A stretch of 64,000 bases of DNA from an uncultured delta proteobacterium (GTDB taxonomy: Bacteria; Myxococcota; UBA727; VGSZ01): the NCBI GenBank assembly GCA_963775425.1, contig CAVZJB010000010.1, positions 31,361-95,360 on the forward strand, given 5' to 3'. The notes beneath the pieces were generated by a model that was not told the DNA's origin, made no database searches, and saw only the letters and a program-made list of their open reading frames with translations. Shown piece after piece: positions 1 through 7,765 of the stretch; position 1 is the stretch's first letter, and each line of letters opens with the position of its first letter. The translations under genes were made by a program, and so were the position numbers.

Positions 1-1
1 G

Positions 2-127
2 GTCCGGCGCCGCATGCTCGAGGAGGCCCTCGCGCGCAGCAACACCATCACCGACGCCGCCAAGCTCCTCGGCGTCACCCGCCAGGCCATCCAGCAGGCG
101 ATCGACGATCTCGAGGAAGCGGAGTGA
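2..127 (+). CDS. 3' end of a gene with a C-terminal Fis-type helix-turn-helix (5' part outside window)
   Basis: Frame 2 reads VRRRMLEEALARSNTITDAAKLLGVTRQAIQQAIDDLEEAE then TGA at 125-127; AAxLLGVxR HTH pattern. Confidence 0.7.
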   Translation, partial: VRRRMLEEALARSNTITDAAKLLGVTRQAIQQAIDDLEEAE

Positions 128-188
128 GCGGGCGGCGCCGAGGCGGGCCCCCAGCGCGAAACGACGACGGCATCGTCGCCGCCGGCGC

Positions 189-270
189 GTAGGGCGCCCC
201 CTCGTGGGGCGCGTCGGGCGCCTCGACGGCGCCGGGTCACTCCGATGCGGGGGGCAAGCCCCCGCCCTAC
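189..270. repeat. Inverted pair of GTAG-family REP-like palindromes
   Basis: GTAGGGCGCCCCCTCGTGGGGCGC at 189-212 and reverse-strand GTAGGGCGGGGGCTTGCCCCCCGC at 247-270; a GTAG tetranucleotide precedes a GC hairpin. Confidence 0.75.
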
Positions 271-425
271 GGGTCGTCGACGTAGCCGAGGACGCGAACG
301 GGTTCGAGACGCGCGCCGGGTGTGACGGTTTCCGTGTGGCACCGCAGCGGCGGGTTCGAAACGCGCGCCCGGTGTGACGATTTCCCAAACGCGCTGCGAA
401 ACGACGACGGCATTGCGGCCGGCGC

Positions 426-506
426 GTAGGGCGCCCCCTCGTGGGGCGCGTCGGGCGCCTCGATGGCGCCGGGTCACTCCGATGCGGGGGCAAGCCCCCG
501 CCCTGC
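426..506. repeat. Second inverted REP-like pair (one GTAG degenerated to GCAG)
   Basis: Same two palindromes as 189-270; the right copy ends CCCTGC. Confidence 0.7.
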
Positions 507-596
507 GGGTCGTCGACGTAGCCGAGGACGCGAACGAAACGCGCGCCCGGTGTGACGACTTTCAAACGGCCCCGCGGAGGATCGGCGACGGGTGAT

Positions 597-718
597 GGGC
601 GACGCGAGAGAGATTGAGGAGACGAGGAGCAAGGAACGAAGAACACGAGGTGCGCGGAAGCGACATCGACTCGGACGCTCGGCCGGCGGCCAGCGGATCG
701 CGGCCGGCGGAGATCGGA
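597..718 (+). repeat. Degenerate direct repeat, left copy (partner at 1748-1878)
   Basis: GGGCGACGCGAGAGA (597-611 = 1748-1762), a purine-rich spacer with ACACGAGG, and CGGCCGGCGGCxAGCGGxTCGCGGCCGGCGGAGATCGGA (680-718 vs 1840-1878). Confidence 0.8.
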
Positions 719-762
719 CCTCGACGCGCGGCGAGGCCGAGCCCCGCCGCGCGCGCCGAGCC

Positions 763-1095
763 TCAGCGAAACTTGTAGAGCATGGCGCAGAAGTGGTCGC
801 AGCGATCCTGGCCGACGTCGCGCTCGGCGGCGGTGACGGCCTCGCTCAGGAACGCGATGTCGAGGATGGCGCTCACCTCGCGCGCGCTCCCGGCGGCGAT
901 GTCGAAGTACCGCGCGCGCTCCTTCGCCGACTGCTTGCGACAGCCCTCGGAGAAATTGAGCGTGATGGATGACGACGCGCGGCGCAGTTGGTCCTTGAGG
1001 TCCGCGAAGCCCGGCGGAAACTGCTTCGCGAGCTGGAAGCACTGGCCGTAGATCTCCAGCGACTTCCCGTAGAGGCGAGTGTCTCGGTAGTCCAT
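763..1095 (-). CDS. Four-helix-bundle protein (23S rRNA-IVP / Avd-like family)
   Basis: 110 aa; LKDQLRRASSSITLNFSEG and RYFDIAAGSAREV family motifs; SD GAAGGAGG upstream. Confidence 0.9.
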   Translation of the reverse strand: MDYRDTRLYGKSLEIYGQCFQLAKQFPPGFADLKDQLRRASSSITLNFSEGCRKQSAKERARYFDIAAGSAREVSAILDIAFLSEAVTAAERDVGQDRCDHFCAMLYKFR

Positions 1096-1182
1096 GTTCG
1101 ATCCTCCTTCGAAGGCCGAGCACGGCGGCCTTCAAAGCCTGCGTGGCCGCCGCGCGCAGGCCGAGAAGGAGGACGAACATGG
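1092..1182 (-). promoter_or_regulatory. Predicted three-way-junction leader that sequesters the SD and ATG of the minus-strand four-helix-bundle gene
   Basis: CCATGTTCG(A)TCCTCCTTC 1092-1110 is complementary to GAAGGAGGACGAACATGG 1165-1182; internal hairpins 1111-1133 and 1137-1161. Confidence 0.7.
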
Positions 1183-1242
1183 CCTCGGGGTCACTCGCCG
1201 TTTCAGGAAGTGCTGTCGGTCGTAGGCCGGTTCTCGACGAGA

Positions 1243-1378
1243 GAGTGCTCGCGCTTCATGGCCTGGCCCGTGTGGTCTTCGCGAACCCCGACGTGGGGCC
1301 CTCAAGCGCTTCGCGCTTTTGACGAGGGCCCCACGTCGGGGATCCGCAAGGAGAGCAGGCCATGAAGCACGAGCACTC
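1243..1378 (+). promoter_or_regulatory. Predicted long rod-like leader hairpin that sequesters the start codon of the plus-strand four-helix-bundle gene
   Basis: 1243-1265 pairs with 1356-1378 (22/23); perfect 18-bp inner stem 1286-1303/1324-1341; apical AAGCGC-TTC-GCGCTT. Confidence 0.75.
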
Positions 1379-1694
1379 CCGCATCTACCTCACCTCGCGC
1401 GCGCTCAACCGCGAGGCCGCCGCGCTCGCCAACCGGCTGCCGCGCGGCTTCAGCAACCTGAAGGACCAGCTGCGCCGCGCGTCGGCCTCGGTGACGTTGA
1501 ACTTCTGCGAGGGGAGCCGGCACGAGTCGCTCGCGGAGCGTGGGCGCTACTTCCGGATCGCGTCCGGGAGCGCCGCCGAGGTGAGCGCCATCGCGGATGT
1601 CGCGGAGGACTTCGGCGTCATCGCGCCCGAGCAGCACGCGGCCATCAAGGACCACTGCAATCACCTGTGCGCGATGCTGCGGCTCTACCGGTGA
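1362..1694 (+). CDS. Four-helix-bundle protein (23S rRNA-IVP / Avd-like family), paralog of 763-1095
   Basis: 110 aa; LKDQLRRASASVTLNFCEG and RYFRIASGSAAEV; SD AAGGAG upstream. Confidence 0.9.
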   Translation: MKHEHSRIYLTSRALNREAAALANRLPRGFSNLKDQLRRASASVTLNFCEGSRHESLAERGRYFRIASGSAAEVSAIADVAEDFGVIAPEQHAAIKDHCNHLCAMLRLYR

Positions 1695-1747
1695 TGGCCG
1701 CTCGGCGGCGGAGCTCTGCGGAGCTTCGCCGCTCTCTCGATCGGGAA

Positions 1748-1878
1748 GGGCGACGCGAGAGATGCGGGAGAGGTCGAGGGCCCGCCAGAACGAGCACACG
1801 AGGACACGAGGGACACGAGGGCGGCCCGGATCGGATCCGCGGCCGGCGGCAAGCGGCTCGCGGCCGGCGGAGATCGGA
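1748..1878 (+). repeat. Degenerate direct repeat, right copy (partner at 597-718)
   Basis: Shares the 15-bp and 39-bp blocks with 597-718; contains three ACACGAGG units. Confidence 0.8.
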
Positions 1879-1946
1879 GCGAGACCGCCCCCAGGCTCAA
1901 CGGGTTCGAGACGCGCGCCCGGTGTGACGATTTGCGAACCGCGGTG

Positions 1947-2024
1947 CGTAGGGCGGGGGCTCGTCCCCCGCATCCTCACGCGCGCCCGCCGACGGAAAAG
2001 CGGGGGACGAGCCCCCGCCCTACG
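1947..2024. repeat. Perfect 25-bp inverted GTAG-REP pair downstream of the tRNA
   Basis: CGTAGGGCGGGGGCTCGTCCCCCGC (1947-1971) and its exact reverse complement (2000-2024). Confidence 0.85.
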
Positions 2025-2063
2025 GGTCGTCGACGTAGCCGACGTCGCGAACGGTTGGAAACG

Positions 2064-2137
2064 CGCGCCCAGGAGGACTCGAACCTCCGACCCTCAGCTT
2101 AGAAGGCTGATGCTCTGTCCAACTGAGCTATGGGCGC
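2064..2137 (-). tRNA. tRNA-Arg (anticodon TCT), CCA not encoded
   Basis: GCGCCCATAGCTCAGTTGGACAGAGCATCAGCCTTCTAAGCTGAGGGTCGGAGGTTCGAGTCCTCCTGGGCGCG folds as a cloverleaf with a GTTCGA T-loop. Confidence 0.97.
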
Positions 2138-2165
2138 ACGGCGCGCATGGTAGCGTCTTTGCCCG

Positions 2166-4004
2166 ATGGCGTCGCCGTTCCCGATGGACTTCGGACCCTA
2201 CGTGCTCGACCGCTTCATCGCGGCGGGTGGCATGGCAGAGGTGTTCCTCGGCCGCAGCAAGGACGGGAGCATCTCCGGGCCCCTCTGCGTGAAGCGGATG
2301 CTCCCCGAGATGATGAGCTCCGCCGAGTACATCACGATGTTCAAGGACGAGGCGCGGCTCAGCCAGCGCCTCCAACACCCGAACGTCGTGCGCGTCTTCG
2401 ACTTCGGCGAGGCCGACGGACGGATGTACATGGCCATGGAGTACGTCGACGGCATGGACGTCGGCTCGCTCCAGCGTCGCCTGCGCCAGCGCGGCGAGAT
2501 GCTCGGCGTCGGCCACGCGCTGCAGATCGGCATCGAGCTGTGCGCCGGGCTCCACTACGCGCACGCCCTCGGCGTCGACCTCGTCCATCGCGACGTCAGC
2601 CCGCAGAACATCCTCATTTCGTCTGCGGGCGCGGTGAAGGTCACCGACTTCGGCATCGCCAAGGCCGTCGGCCGCGAGACGCACACGGCCACCGGGCTCG
2701 TCAAGGGCAAGGTCAGCTACATGGCGCCCGAGCAGGCGCTCGGGCAGGACATCGATCAGCGCGTCGATCAGTTCGCCGCCGGCATCGTCGTCTGGGAGCT
2801 CGTCACCGGCCAGCGCCTCTACGCCGAAAAGACCGACAACCTGAACTTCGAAAAGATCATCCGGCAGCCGCCGCCCCGGCCGTCGCAGACGCGCAAAGGC
2901 GTGCCCCCCGTCGTCGACGGCGCCATCCTCCGCGCGCTCGCCAAGCGCCCGGCCGACCGCTACCCCGACTGCGCCGCCTTCGGCGCCGCGCTCAAGCAGG
3001 CGCTCGCCGTCATCGGCCCCGCCGCCAAGACCGACATCGGCGCCGTCATGGCCCACGTGCTCGGCATCCCGCCCAAGGAGCTGCGCGAGGCCGCCAAGCC
3101 GCGCGCCATCGCCGCGCCGGCGCCGCAGGTGACGCGCCCCGGAGCGCCGGCGCCGCGGGCCCGCGCGCTCCAGGTGACGCCCCTCGAGGACGCGCCCACC
3201 GTCGCCACCCCGCAGTCCAAGGTGCGCCACGACCTGGGCGCGCGCCTGCCCACCAACGCCATGATGCCGCTGCCGGAGCCCGAGCCCACCGCGCCCGGCA
3301 CCCCCGCCACCCCCTCCGTGGCGGCCCAGCCCCGCGTCGTCGACGACGGCGACACCATCTACGACCCGCCGAGCACCCTCGAGGTCCCTCCCGACGACGT
3401 GCCCTCGGTCCCCACCGTGCACGTGCCGCCGCCCGCGCCCGCGCGGACACCCCAGGGCCCCGTCGCGGCTCCCGCGCAGGCGCCGCCCCCGGCGGCGCAG
3501 ATCGTCGCCGTCACGCCGCCACGGGCGCCCGTGGCCGCCCGTCCCGCGCCGATGTCGGCGGCCGCGCTGCCGGTGCCGTCGACCGCGGCGCCCGCGCCTG
3601 CGCCCGCGGAGAGCGGGCGCGGTGTCTCCTTCGTCGCCGTCGCCGGCGCGCTCGTGGTCGGGCTCGCCGCCGGCTTCGGCGTCGCGCACCTCACCGGGCG
3701 CGCGCCCGCAGGCGCGACCGGCTGTCCGCTGTCGTCCCCGCAGGAGGAGGCCCGCACGAAGGCCGCCTCGCTCGTGGAGCAGGCGCGCGACGCCTTCCAA
3801 AACGGCGACGCCGCCGGCGCCGACAGGCTCGCCGAGGAGTCCGAGCGCGCCTCGGGCAGCGCCGCCGCCGAGATGCTGCGCGGCGACGTCGCGCTCGCCC
3901 ACGGGGAGCGGCTGTCCGCCCTCACCCACTACCGCTGCGTCGCGCAGCTCGACCCGGGCGGCGTCGACGCCGCCGCGCTCGTCAAGCGCCTGTCGGGGCC
4001 GTGA
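2166..4004 (+). CDS. Ser/Thr protein kinase with Pro-rich linker, TM helix and C-terminal TPR-like region
   Basis: [17 protein letters not shown] and YMAPE motifs. Confidence 0.93.
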   Translation: MASPFPMDFGPYVLDRFIAAGGMAEVFLGRSKDGSISGPLCVKRMLPEMMSSAEYITMFKDEARLSQRLQHPNVVRVFDFGEADGRMYMAMEYVDGMDVGSLQRRLRQRGEMLGVGHALQIGIELCAGLHYAHALGVDLVHRDVSPQNILISSAGAVKVTDFGIAKAVGRETHTATGLVKGKVSYMAPEQALGQDIDQRVDQFAAGIVVWELVTGQRLYAEKTDNLNFEKIIRQPPPRPSQTRKGVPPVVDGAILRALAKRPADRYPDCAAFGAALKQALAVIGPAAKTDIGAVMAHVLGIPPKELREAAKPRAIAAPAPQVTRPGAPAPRARALQVTPLEDAPTVATPQSKVRHDLGARLPTNAMMPLPEPEPTAPGTPATPSVAAQPRVVDDGDTIYDPPSTLEVPPDDVPSVPTVHVPPPAPARTPQGPVAAPAQAPPPAAQIVAVTPPRAPVAARPAPMSAAALPVPSTAAPAPAPAESGRGVSFVAVAGALVVGLAAGFGVAHLTGRAPAGATGCPLSSPQEEARTKAASLVEQARDAFQNGDAAGADRLAEESERASGSAAAEMLRGDVALAHGERLSALTHYRCVAQLDPGGVDAAALVKRLSGP

Positions 4005-4035
4005 CAGCGCGCGCTCCGGTCGCTATGCCCAACGG

Positions 4036-4251
4036 GTGGCGTGGGTGTTCGCGCTCCTGATCCGCGTGTACCAGAGGGTCCTTCGGCCCTTTATGCCGCC
4101 GCTGTGCCGCTTCTACCCCTCGTGCTCCGACTACGCCCTCGAGGCGCTGCGCGTGCACGGGGCCGGCAAGGGCTCGCTCCTCGCGGTCAAGCGCGTCTGC
4201 AAATGTCATCCGTTCCACCCCGGCGGCGTCGACCTGGTCCCGCCCCGATGA
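4036..4251 (+). CDS. yidD: Membrane protein insertion efficiency factor YidD
   Basis: [14 protein letters not shown] and [11 protein letters not shown] motifs; GTG start inferred. Confidence 0.9.
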   Translation: MAWVFALLIRVYQRVLRPFMPPLCRFYPSCSDYALEALRVHGAGKGSLLAVKRVCKCHPFHPGGVDLVPPR

Positions 4252-4258
4252 GGGCGCC

Positions 4259-4591
4259 GTGACCCACTACTACGACGACAAGCACCTCCCGATGTTCGGC
4301 GACGTCGCCAAGAACGCGCCGGAGCTCGGGAAGAAGTTCTTCGACTGGTACCACGCCGTCTTCGCCGAGGGCGCGCTCAGCGAGCGCGAAAAGGCACTCA
4401 TCGCGCTCGCCGTCGCGCACGCGGTGCAGTGCCCGTACTGCATCGACGCCTACTCCACCGCGTGCCTCGACAAGGGCTCCACGCTCGATCAGATGACCGA
4501 GGCCGTGCACGTCGCCGCCGCCATCCGCGGCGGCGCCTCGCTCGTTCACGGCGTGCAGATGCGCGAGCACGTCAAGAAGCAGTCGATGTGA
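4259..4591 (+). CDS. AhpD/CMD-family peroxidase-like protein of the type associated with ArsS
   Basis: REKALIALAVAHAVQCPYCIDAY motif; directly upstream of arsS. Confidence 0.85.
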   Translation: MTHYYDDKHLPMFGDVAKNAPELGKKFFDWYHAVFAEGALSEREKALIALAVAHAVQCPYCIDAYSTACLDKGSTLDQMTEAVHVAAAIRGGASLVHGVQMREHVKKQSM

Positions 4592-5559
4592 GCGCCCGGC
4601 TCTCGCTCGTCGCGGAAGGGCACCCGCTGGCGTCGCCGGCGGCGCAGCGCGCCCGCTTGCGCGCGCTGCCGGTGCTGCCCTTCCCGGCCGCGCTCACCGC
4701 GGGCGACGTCGAGATCCTGCAGATGAACCTCGGCAAGCGCTGCAACCAGGCCTGCGCCCACTGCCACGTCGACGCCGGCCCCGACCGCGAGGAGGTGATG
4801 CCCGACGACGTCGTCGACGCGTGCCTCGACGTCCTCGCCCGCGAGCGCATCCCCACCCTCGACGTCACCGGCGGCGCCCCCGAGCTGCACCCGCGCTTTC
4901 GCGACATCGTCGGCCGCGCCGCCGAGACCGCGCGGGTCATCGATCGCTGCAACCTCACCGTCCTCGGCGACGACCTCGCCGCCTTCCTCGCCGCGCACCG
5001 CGTGCACATCGTGGCGTCGCTGCCCTCGTGGCAGGAGGAGCGCACCGACGCACAGCGCGGCGCCGGCGTGTTCGCCCGCAGCGTTCAGGCCCTCAGGCGC
5101 TTGAACGCCCTCGGCTACGGCGACGACCTCGAGCTGACGCTGATGTCGAACCCCACGGGCGCGTTCCTGCCGCCGCCGCAGCGCGTGCTCGAGGAAGACT
5201 TCCGGCGCCACCTGCCCGGTGTCCGCTTCACCCGCTTGCTCGCGCTCACCAACATGCCCATCGCGCGCTTCCTCGTGTGGCTCGAGCGCACCGGCAACAC
5301 CGAGCGCTACGTGCACAAGCTCGCGGGCGCGTTCAACGAAGCCGCGCTGCCCGGCCTCATGTGCAGGAACACCTTGAGCGTCGCGTGGGACGGGCGCCTG
5401 TACGACTGCGATTTCAACCAGATGCTCGACCTCGGTGACGCCGGCAGCATCCTGTCGTTTTCGCGCGAGCGGATGCGCGGCCGGCGCATCGCCACCGACG
5501 TCCACTGCTACGGCTGCACGGCGGGCCAGGGCTCCTCCTGCGGCGGCGCCCTGGCCTGA
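4588..5559 (+). CDS. arsS: Radical SAM protein, ArsS / DUF3641 family
   Basis: CNQACAHC, MCRNTLSV, YDCDFNQML and C-terminal CYGCTAGQGSSCGG; GTG start overlaps the upstream TGA. Confidence 0.85.
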   Translation: MSARLSLVAEGHPLASPAAQRARLRALPVLPFPAALTAGDVEILQMNLGKRCNQACAHCHVDAGPDREEVMPDDVVDACLDVLARERIPTLDVTGGAPELHPRFRDIVGRAAETARVIDRCNLTVLGDDLAAFLAAHRVHIVASLPSWQEERTDAQRGAGVFARSVQALRRLNALGYGDDLELTLMSNPTGAFLPPPQRVLEEDFRRHLPGVRFTRLLALTNMPIARFLVWLERTGNTERYVHKLAGAFNEAALPGLMCRNTLSVAWDGRLYDCDFNQMLDLGDAGSILSFSRERMRGRRIATDVHCYGCTAGQGSSCGGALA

Positions 5560-5662
5560 GCAAGGCCGCTCAGGGAGACCCGCCGGGCGCGCGCGATCCC
5601 GGCGTGACGCAATCTCGCCGGTCGGCGCGCACCGCGAACGGTCCCTTGGTAGTTTGTGGCCG

Positions 5663-7765
5663 ATGGTCGCTGCCCAGGCCGGATCACCGGTGCTGCTCGT
5701 CGGGGATGTCTCAGCGAGGCTCGAGCTGGAGCTCGCCTCGTGCGGACTCGAGTGCGCCGTCGCCCAAAACGCCAACGACGCCGTCGCGCGCATGAAGACC
5801 ACGCGCTTCCCCTACGTGGTGGTCCCGCCGACGCTCGCGGACATGGGCGGCGTCGACTTCATCCATGGCGTGCTCCGGCACTTCGACGCGAGCGTGGTGT
5901 TGTACGGAAACGGCGTCGAGCCGGGCGAGGTCAACGCGCTGTTGCGCACGGGCCGCGTGGCGCACTTTCCCGCGCACGCCGAGGGCCACGTCGTCGCCGA
6001 CTTCCTCGCGCGGCGCGCGGGCACGCCGCAGCCCTCCGTTCCGCAGCAGACGCAGCAACAGCCGACGCCCACGCCGCGGCCGACGGCGCCGCCGCCGCTT
6101 TCGGGGCCCATCCCCGGGGCCGCGCCCGCCTTCAACCTCACGCCCGGCGCCGCCACCCTCTTCGGCGGCGCCGGCGGCTCCTTGTCGAACGTGGCGACGT
6201 CGTTTCCGCCTGCCGCGGCGCCCACGCCGGCGGCGTCGGCGGGCTTTGTCACCACGCCGTCGGGCGGCTTCGCCGCGTTCAACCCCCAAGGCGGCTTCCC
6301 GAACGTCACGCCCTCGGGCGGCGTACCGCGTCCGCCCACCCTCGGGGCCACGCCGGGCGTGGCGCAGCAGGGGCAGGGCCCGCAGTTCGAGCAGGTGGTC
6401 GACGAGCTCGCGCGCACCAACTCCGAAGTGGTGATGTTGCGCGGCAAGCTCGCCGCGGCGGAGCAGGAGAAGGCGACGCTGTCGGTGGAGGTGGAGGCCG
6501 CGCGGCGCAGCGCCATCGCCGACGTCGCGCAGGTGATGGCGCTGTCCGATGAAGGCGACCCCATCGCCGAGGAGATCGAGGAGCTCAAGAACAAGGTCTC
6601 CACCGCCGAAAACGATCGGGAGCTCGCGCGCGCCGAGGTCGACGCGCTGCGCGCCGAGCGCGATCGGCTCGTCGCCGAAGCGGCCCAGAAGGCGGGCGTG
6701 CTCGCGGAGCTCCAGGCGCAGGCGGGCGGCGCGGACGTGGCCCTCAACGAGGCCAAGGCGGAGGCGGCGCGGCTCGCACAGGAGCTCGCGCAAAAGACCG
6801 CCGAGGCCGACGCCGCCAAGAAGGAGCTCGAGGACGAGGGCAAGGCGCTCGAGGAGATGGAGGCCGCGCTGCTCGCAGCGCAGAAGGCGAGGGCCGACGC
6901 CGAGGCGCAGGCGCTCGCGCAGGCCGGCGACGCCGTCAGCGCCGTCGAGAAGGAGAAGGCCGAAGCCGTCGACGCCGCCGAGAAGCTGAAGGCCGAAGCC
7001 GTCGACGCCGTCGAGAAGCGCAGCGCCGAGGCGCTCGAGGCCGCGAACAAGGAGAAGGCCGAGGCCGTCGCGGCGATCGAGCAGCAGCGAGCGGCGCTCG
7101 AGGAGCGCGTCAACCTGCTCGAGGCGCAGCGCGTAGAGCTCGTCTCGGCCGTCGAGAAGGGCGCGCAGGACGCGAGCGCCCACTCCGACGTCGAAGCCGC
7201 GCTGCGCATCGAGGCGGAGAAGCTCAAGACGGACGTGGCGTCGGCGCGCACCGACGCCACCACCGTGCGCCTCGATCTGCAGGAGGCGCTGATGCGCCTC
7301 GACGAGGCCACCACATCCTTGGCGGCCGCCACGCAGGAGCGCGACGCGCTGCGCGCGGAGGCGGGCCCGTTGCGCGAGTGGGCCAACAAGGTCGTGGCCG
7401 AGCACGCGCGCACCGTCGAGGAGACGGAGAAGCTGCGCTCGCAGGCGGAGGCGGCGGACGCGCGGCAGAACACCATCCACGAGCTGCAGACGCGCATCGA
7501 GCAGCTCCAGGTGGAGCGCGACAAGGCGGCCGCGTCGGGCGGCGCGCGCGCCGACGGTGACGTCGAGGTGTTGCTCGCCCGGTCGCGCCAGCTCGCGGAC
7601 CTCGTGCGCGCGCTCGAGCCCTTCATGTGGGGGCTCACCCAGGCCACGGGCTTCTACACCAAGGCCGCCGTCGAGGGCGGCGACGCGCACCTCAAGCTCC
7701 TCCAGCAGTTGCAGGGCGTGCTGTTGCGGTTGCGCGACGAGATCGCGATGCTCGACCTGTCATGA
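5663..7765 (+). CDS. Receiver-like N-terminal domain, Pro-rich linker and long coiled coil
   Basis: Degenerate receiver pattern (VLLVGD...MGGVDFI); Ala/Glu/Lys heptads; host-like codon usage. Confidence 0.7.
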   Translation: MVAAQAGSPVLLVGDVSARLELELASCGLECAVAQNANDAVARMKTTRFPYVVVPPTLADMGGVDFIHGVLRHFDASVVLYGNGVEPGEVNALLRTGRVAHFPAHAEGHVVADFLARRAGTPQPSVPQQTQQQPTPTPRPTAPPPLSGPIPGAAPAFNLTPGAATLFGGAGGSLSNVATSFPPAAAPTPAASAGFVTTPSGGFAAFNPQGGFPNVTPSGGVPRPPTLGATPGVAQQGQGPQFEQVVDELARTNSEVVMLRGKLAAAEQEKATLSVEVEAARRSAIADVAQVMALSDEGDPIAEEIEELKNKVSTAENDRELARAEVDALRAERDRLVAEAAQKAGVLAELQAQAGGADVALNEAKAEAARLAQELAQKTAEADAAKKELEDEGKALEEMEAALLAAQKARADAEAQALAQAGDAVSAVEKEKAEAVDAAEKLKAEAVDAVEKRSAEALEAANKEKAEAVAAIEQQRAALEERVNLLEAQRVELVSAVEKGAQDASAHSDVEAALRIEAEKLKTDVASARTDATTVRLDLQEALMRLDEATTSLAAATQERDALRAEAGPLREWANKVVAEHARTVEETEKLRSQAEAADARQNTIHELQTRIEQLQVERDKAAASGGARADGDVEVLLARSRQLADLVRALEPFMWGLTQATGFYTKAAVEGGDAHLKLLQQLQGVLLRLRDEIAMLDLS

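Larger units (their letters stand above)
156..563. repeat. Two near-identical repeat units (~156-332 and ~396-563, period 240 bp) plus a partial end motif at ~352-383; each unit holds an inverted REP pair and a copy of the tRNA-Arg 3' end and trailer
   Basis: Both units read GCGAAACGACGACGGCAT...GTAGGGCGCCCCCTCGTGGGGCGCG...CCCCGCCCT(A/G)CGGGTCGTCGACGTAGCCGAGGACGCGAACG...ACGCGCGCC(G/C)GGTGTGACG. Confidence 0.9.

Noticed and set aside
1092-1378. Invertible phase-variation switch
   Set aside because: No recombinase nearby, and the enclosed segments are themselves largely hairpins, so folding is the simpler reading; not fully excluded.
763-1694. Diversity-generating retroelement, because the genes are Avd-like
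   Set aside because: No reverse transcriptase in the window and no template/variable repeat pair with adenine-specific differences.
763-1694. 23S rRNA intervening sequence
   Set aside because: No rRNA sequence flanks the genes.
156-2070. CRISPR array
   Set aside because: Units are long, irregularly spaced and lack unique equal-length spacers; no cas genes are present.
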